Shown: piece after piece, positions 60,824-64,000 of the stretch
How positions within the stretch are numbered: position 1 is the stretch's first letter
How the letters are laid out: each line of letters starts with the position of its first letter
DNA from: Thraustochytrium aureum
Taxonomy: Eukaryota
Direction of reading: 5' to 3'
DNA length: 64,000 nt
Assembly (NCBI GenBank): GCA_012862495.1
Contig: BLSG01000001.1
Location: forward strand, 72,638 to 136,637
Program-made: the position numbers and the translations under genes
Notes under the pieces: generated by a model
What the model was told of the DNA's origin: nothing
The model's input: only the letters and a program-made list of their open reading frames with translations
Database searches by the model: none

Positions 60824-63800
60824 CTAGCAAGATCCACCCTGGGCTCCGACGCTGTCCGCAACGTCTAGACGCTGCAGCTGCCGGACGACAAAGGCGTCAG
60901 CCCTGCCAAGTTTTTCGAGCTGGCGCAAGATGGCGCTGCAGATCTGCTTGTTCCGGATGCCAAAGTCGATGATGATCTGGGCTACCAGCTGCACGGCGCC
61001 GGGGTCGTTCTTGTAGTCGCGCCACAGGGCGTTGATGAGCCCTTGCTTGTCGCCGTTGATTAGCTGCTCGATCGAACGCGGGATGCGCAGCCGCTCAATC
61101 TCGACCATGTACATGCAATACTGCCAGTACGTGACAACGTCCACGTCGACGTTGAGTCGGGCTGCGACCTGCGAACGGTAGCTGGCGTCGAAGGCGGTGT
61201 GGACCTGGTCGGGGCCCGCCACGCGAAACACGGCGTGCAGAGCTCGGTTTTGCGCCGCAAAGGAAGCCGCCACCTCAGTCGGCCCAAAGCAAAAGTGAAG
61301 CAAGTACTGCACGACGCGCTCGATCTTCATGTCGTTCGTGCTGACCAAGTAGACGATGCGCGTGAGGAGCTCTTGCTCCTCGCGAGCCACCGCCGCCCCC
61401 TCAACGAGTCCGGCTGTGCCAGGGAGCTCGGCAGGCTCGCACTTGTTCAGCCAGCGCAAAAGAAGCGACTTGCGCGCCTTGAAAAGGTCGACGGCGTGTC
61501 GCTCGGCCACAGTCGCGACGGTTTTATGCAGTCGCGTCGATTCTTGCCATTCGGAGGCGGCGACATGCGCGTACTTTTCGTAGAGGTCCAGCACAAGTTG
61601 ATACGGGTCGATCTGGTTGATGGTTTCGGCACCCACCAGGACCTGAGCGTTGTCGAGCGAGCACAGGTCCAAAAACGTGAGCAGAGCGTTCAGGCGTTGC
61701 TCGAGGCGCTGTTTGGTCGTGCCTAGCTCGGAGTCGGCGCCTGCGCGCTGGAGCGCGTACCGGAGCGGCGCAACCTGCTGTTGAGGCGTGTCTTGCTTGC
61801 TGGAGATCCACTCTGCGGCTTGCACCGCGCGCTTGGCGTCGTGAACATGTTCTAGGAATTTTATCGCAACATTGACGCCTCCGAGAGACTCGCATGCGCG
61901 GCTCGACTGGCGCAGGGCTCGGGTCGGGGCGTCACCCTGGCCCAACGACGCAGCCCCAGCAGACGGCCCGACGACGAGCTTTCGGACCAAACACAAGTAC
62001 ATGTCGTCCGGGTCCAGACGCAGCGGGTCGCTCAGCGCCACGAGCCACTTGACCGTGTCTGGCCGCAGCATGGCCTCTATTGCGCCCCAGGGCTTGTCTG
62101 TCCAGAGCTGGTGAAAATCAACGCGGCCTTCGGAAGATGAAAACTCGTCGCACGCCTCCAAGAGGTCAAGGACCTGAATGTACCTGTTGCTGCATCCTGT
62201 GTCCCTGTCCGGTCCTAGCGCAGCTGCTGCGGCCCGGAGCGCGCCGTAGTCAGTGCCGGGAATGCTCGTGAGGAGCTTGGCAGCAAGATTTGGCCCGAGA
62301 GCCGCGCTCGCCTTTCGCTTTGCCACGGGCGAGCCATGCATGAGAGCCCCCGTAACCACGGTCTGCCGCGTGCGCTCCCGGTCGATGCCGTAGGCGCTGG
62401 CAAAGTTGAGCACGTTGCAGTCGTCTGGATCATCCGCATCTGGTCCGGCATCGAAGCCAGTCGCACGAACAGCGTGTTCCAGGACCTCTGCGCAAATGTA
62501 CGCGCTAGGTGCTGGGTCAGGCTCGAGGAAGCGCTTGTGGTCAAAGGGCACGCCGAGCCGCGCCAGCCACGACCACCACTTTGCGTTCTTGGCCATCCGC
62601 ACGCAGTCCGACTCGAGATCCTGGAGCCTGAGGGCATGGCCGACGTCAAGCCCGACTCGAGCAAGGCCCAGCAGCCGATCAAAGTCACGGTTCACTTTTG
62701 GCAGGCTCGCACGGAAGCATTCAAACGCCGCGTCTGCCCGCGCGACGCCGGCGAGGTAGCCGAGGGCGAGGTCCGGGTCCAGCTCGCGCGCCGCGAGGCA
62801 CTTGGCTGATAAGTCCAGCAGGCACCTTTCGACGTGTGCCGGGGGGCAGCACCGCACGCATGATGCCATTGCTGACAGCGCGAGTTGCATCGCGCCGTTC
62901 GATCGAAGGTATTGCAAACGTCCTCCAGAGCCGCAGACACGCGCGGGTGGTTTGCTTCAACGAGGAACACCAGCTTTGTGAAAAGCCCGACCACGCGGTC
63001 GCTTGAGAGGACCGACTCGTTCTCGCTGAACCAGTGGCTGGAGCTTTCGCGGAGGCTGTCGGAGCCATCAAGCAAGCAGGCGCGCCCCCCGAGCGGCCCG
63101 GGGCCGACTCGAGCATCAAGGTCCTCCTCCACTGCCCAAAGCGCGGCGTCCTCCAGGCCGATTTCGCACCGAGAAATGGCAGTAGCGATCAGATCTGCGC
63201 TCCGCAGGAGCTTGGAAACGCGGCCAAGCAGAGCAGCCGGGCACCGAACTGCGCTCGCAGCGAGGGCTGCATGAACACGCTCGTGGCACGTCAATCGGTC
63301 AGGAAAACGGATCGACATCTCCGTGGAAACGCGGTACTGGAGCTCTGGCAGCGAGACCCTTTCAGCCCATAGCGCACATCGGTCCCAATCTTTCGCTCGC
63401 GCGCAAGCGCAGGCCAGCTGCGCATATGCCCACTCAAGCCCAGCCTTGCGCTGAACAGGTGGAGCGCAAGACAGGAGAACCGCGCTCCGTGAGACGATAT
63501 CGGAGTCGCACAGCGTGAAACACCTCTCAAGGACAACGCGTTCATACGTGGCCAACCACGCTTGCGGGGACCCCAATTCGGCCAAGGTAACACGCTCCTT
63601 GAATTGCTGATGAAGCCTTAAGACTGCGCTGAAGCGCTCCCGAAGTACAGCAACTTGCTCTGGCNNNNNNNNNNNNNNNNNNNNNNNNNNNNNNNNNNNN
63701 NNNNNNNNNNNNNNNNNNNNNNNNNNNNNNNNNNNNNNNNNNNNNNNNNNNNNNNNNNNNNNNNNNNNNCATGCTCGCAGCACCTTGGGGGCCCGCATAG

Positions 63801-64000
63801 GACAGCACAGAGAGGGCGAGCGCCGCGGCCGCCGGAGCATCTTCGGCGTCAAATGGATCGTCGCAAACGATCTCGCAGAACGCGGTCGCCCGGTGGCGGA
63901 TCCGCTCTTGCAGGACCGTGCCGCCTTCCCGAGCGGCGGCCTCAAGAACGACGCGCACGCGGTCGCCGCTCGCCCAGGCGGCCTCGCTCGGCGAGCTTGT
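60824..64000 (-). CDS. KNTC1: Kinetochore protein Rod/KNTC1, C-terminal region (5' end beyond the window)
   Basis: LSAKCLA..ELDPDLALGYL and AKNAKWWSWLARLGVPF in a long alpha-solenoid, plus DKQGLINALWR, resemble Rod_C. Frameshift near 62900. Confidence 0.72.

Noticed and set aside
687..63770. Long ORFs running through N runs, and many antisense or overlapping ORFs
   Set aside because: These are artefacts of Ns lacking stop codons and of high GC; they show no family motifs.

Overview
GC-rich, gene-dense, intron-poor eukaryotic DNA, probably a flagellated protist. A stramenopile is my best guess from motif style, not proven. The assembly is draft quality, with many N gaps of unreliable length and scattered 1-nt frameshifts in both housekeeping and accessory genes. 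Housekeeping genes are U2A', NAD(P)HX epimerase, a CHY zinc finger, GH20 hexosaminidase, a peroxisomal crotonase, KdsA, IPK1, a Kir channel, an intron-containing tRNA-Lys, UBA3, PRMT3, a TEX47/DYBLUP-like protein, an MFS transporter, a giant IQ/EF-hand protein and Rod/KNTC1. They flank the main discovery: an ~18 kb, apparently intronless, bacterial-style five-module NRPS (A-[T]-C-A-[T-E]-C-A-T-E-C-A-T-C-A-T-TE, 25182-43077; brackets mark domains inferred in gaps). It is transcribed divergently from a full-length ABCB/P-glycoprotein exporter. A-domain pocket residues read by eye suggest Ser, Thr (likely D), Asn (D), Phe and an unassigned hydrophobic residue. Both NRPS ends lie on gap-free stretches shared with clearly eukaryotic genes, which argues against bacterial contamination.
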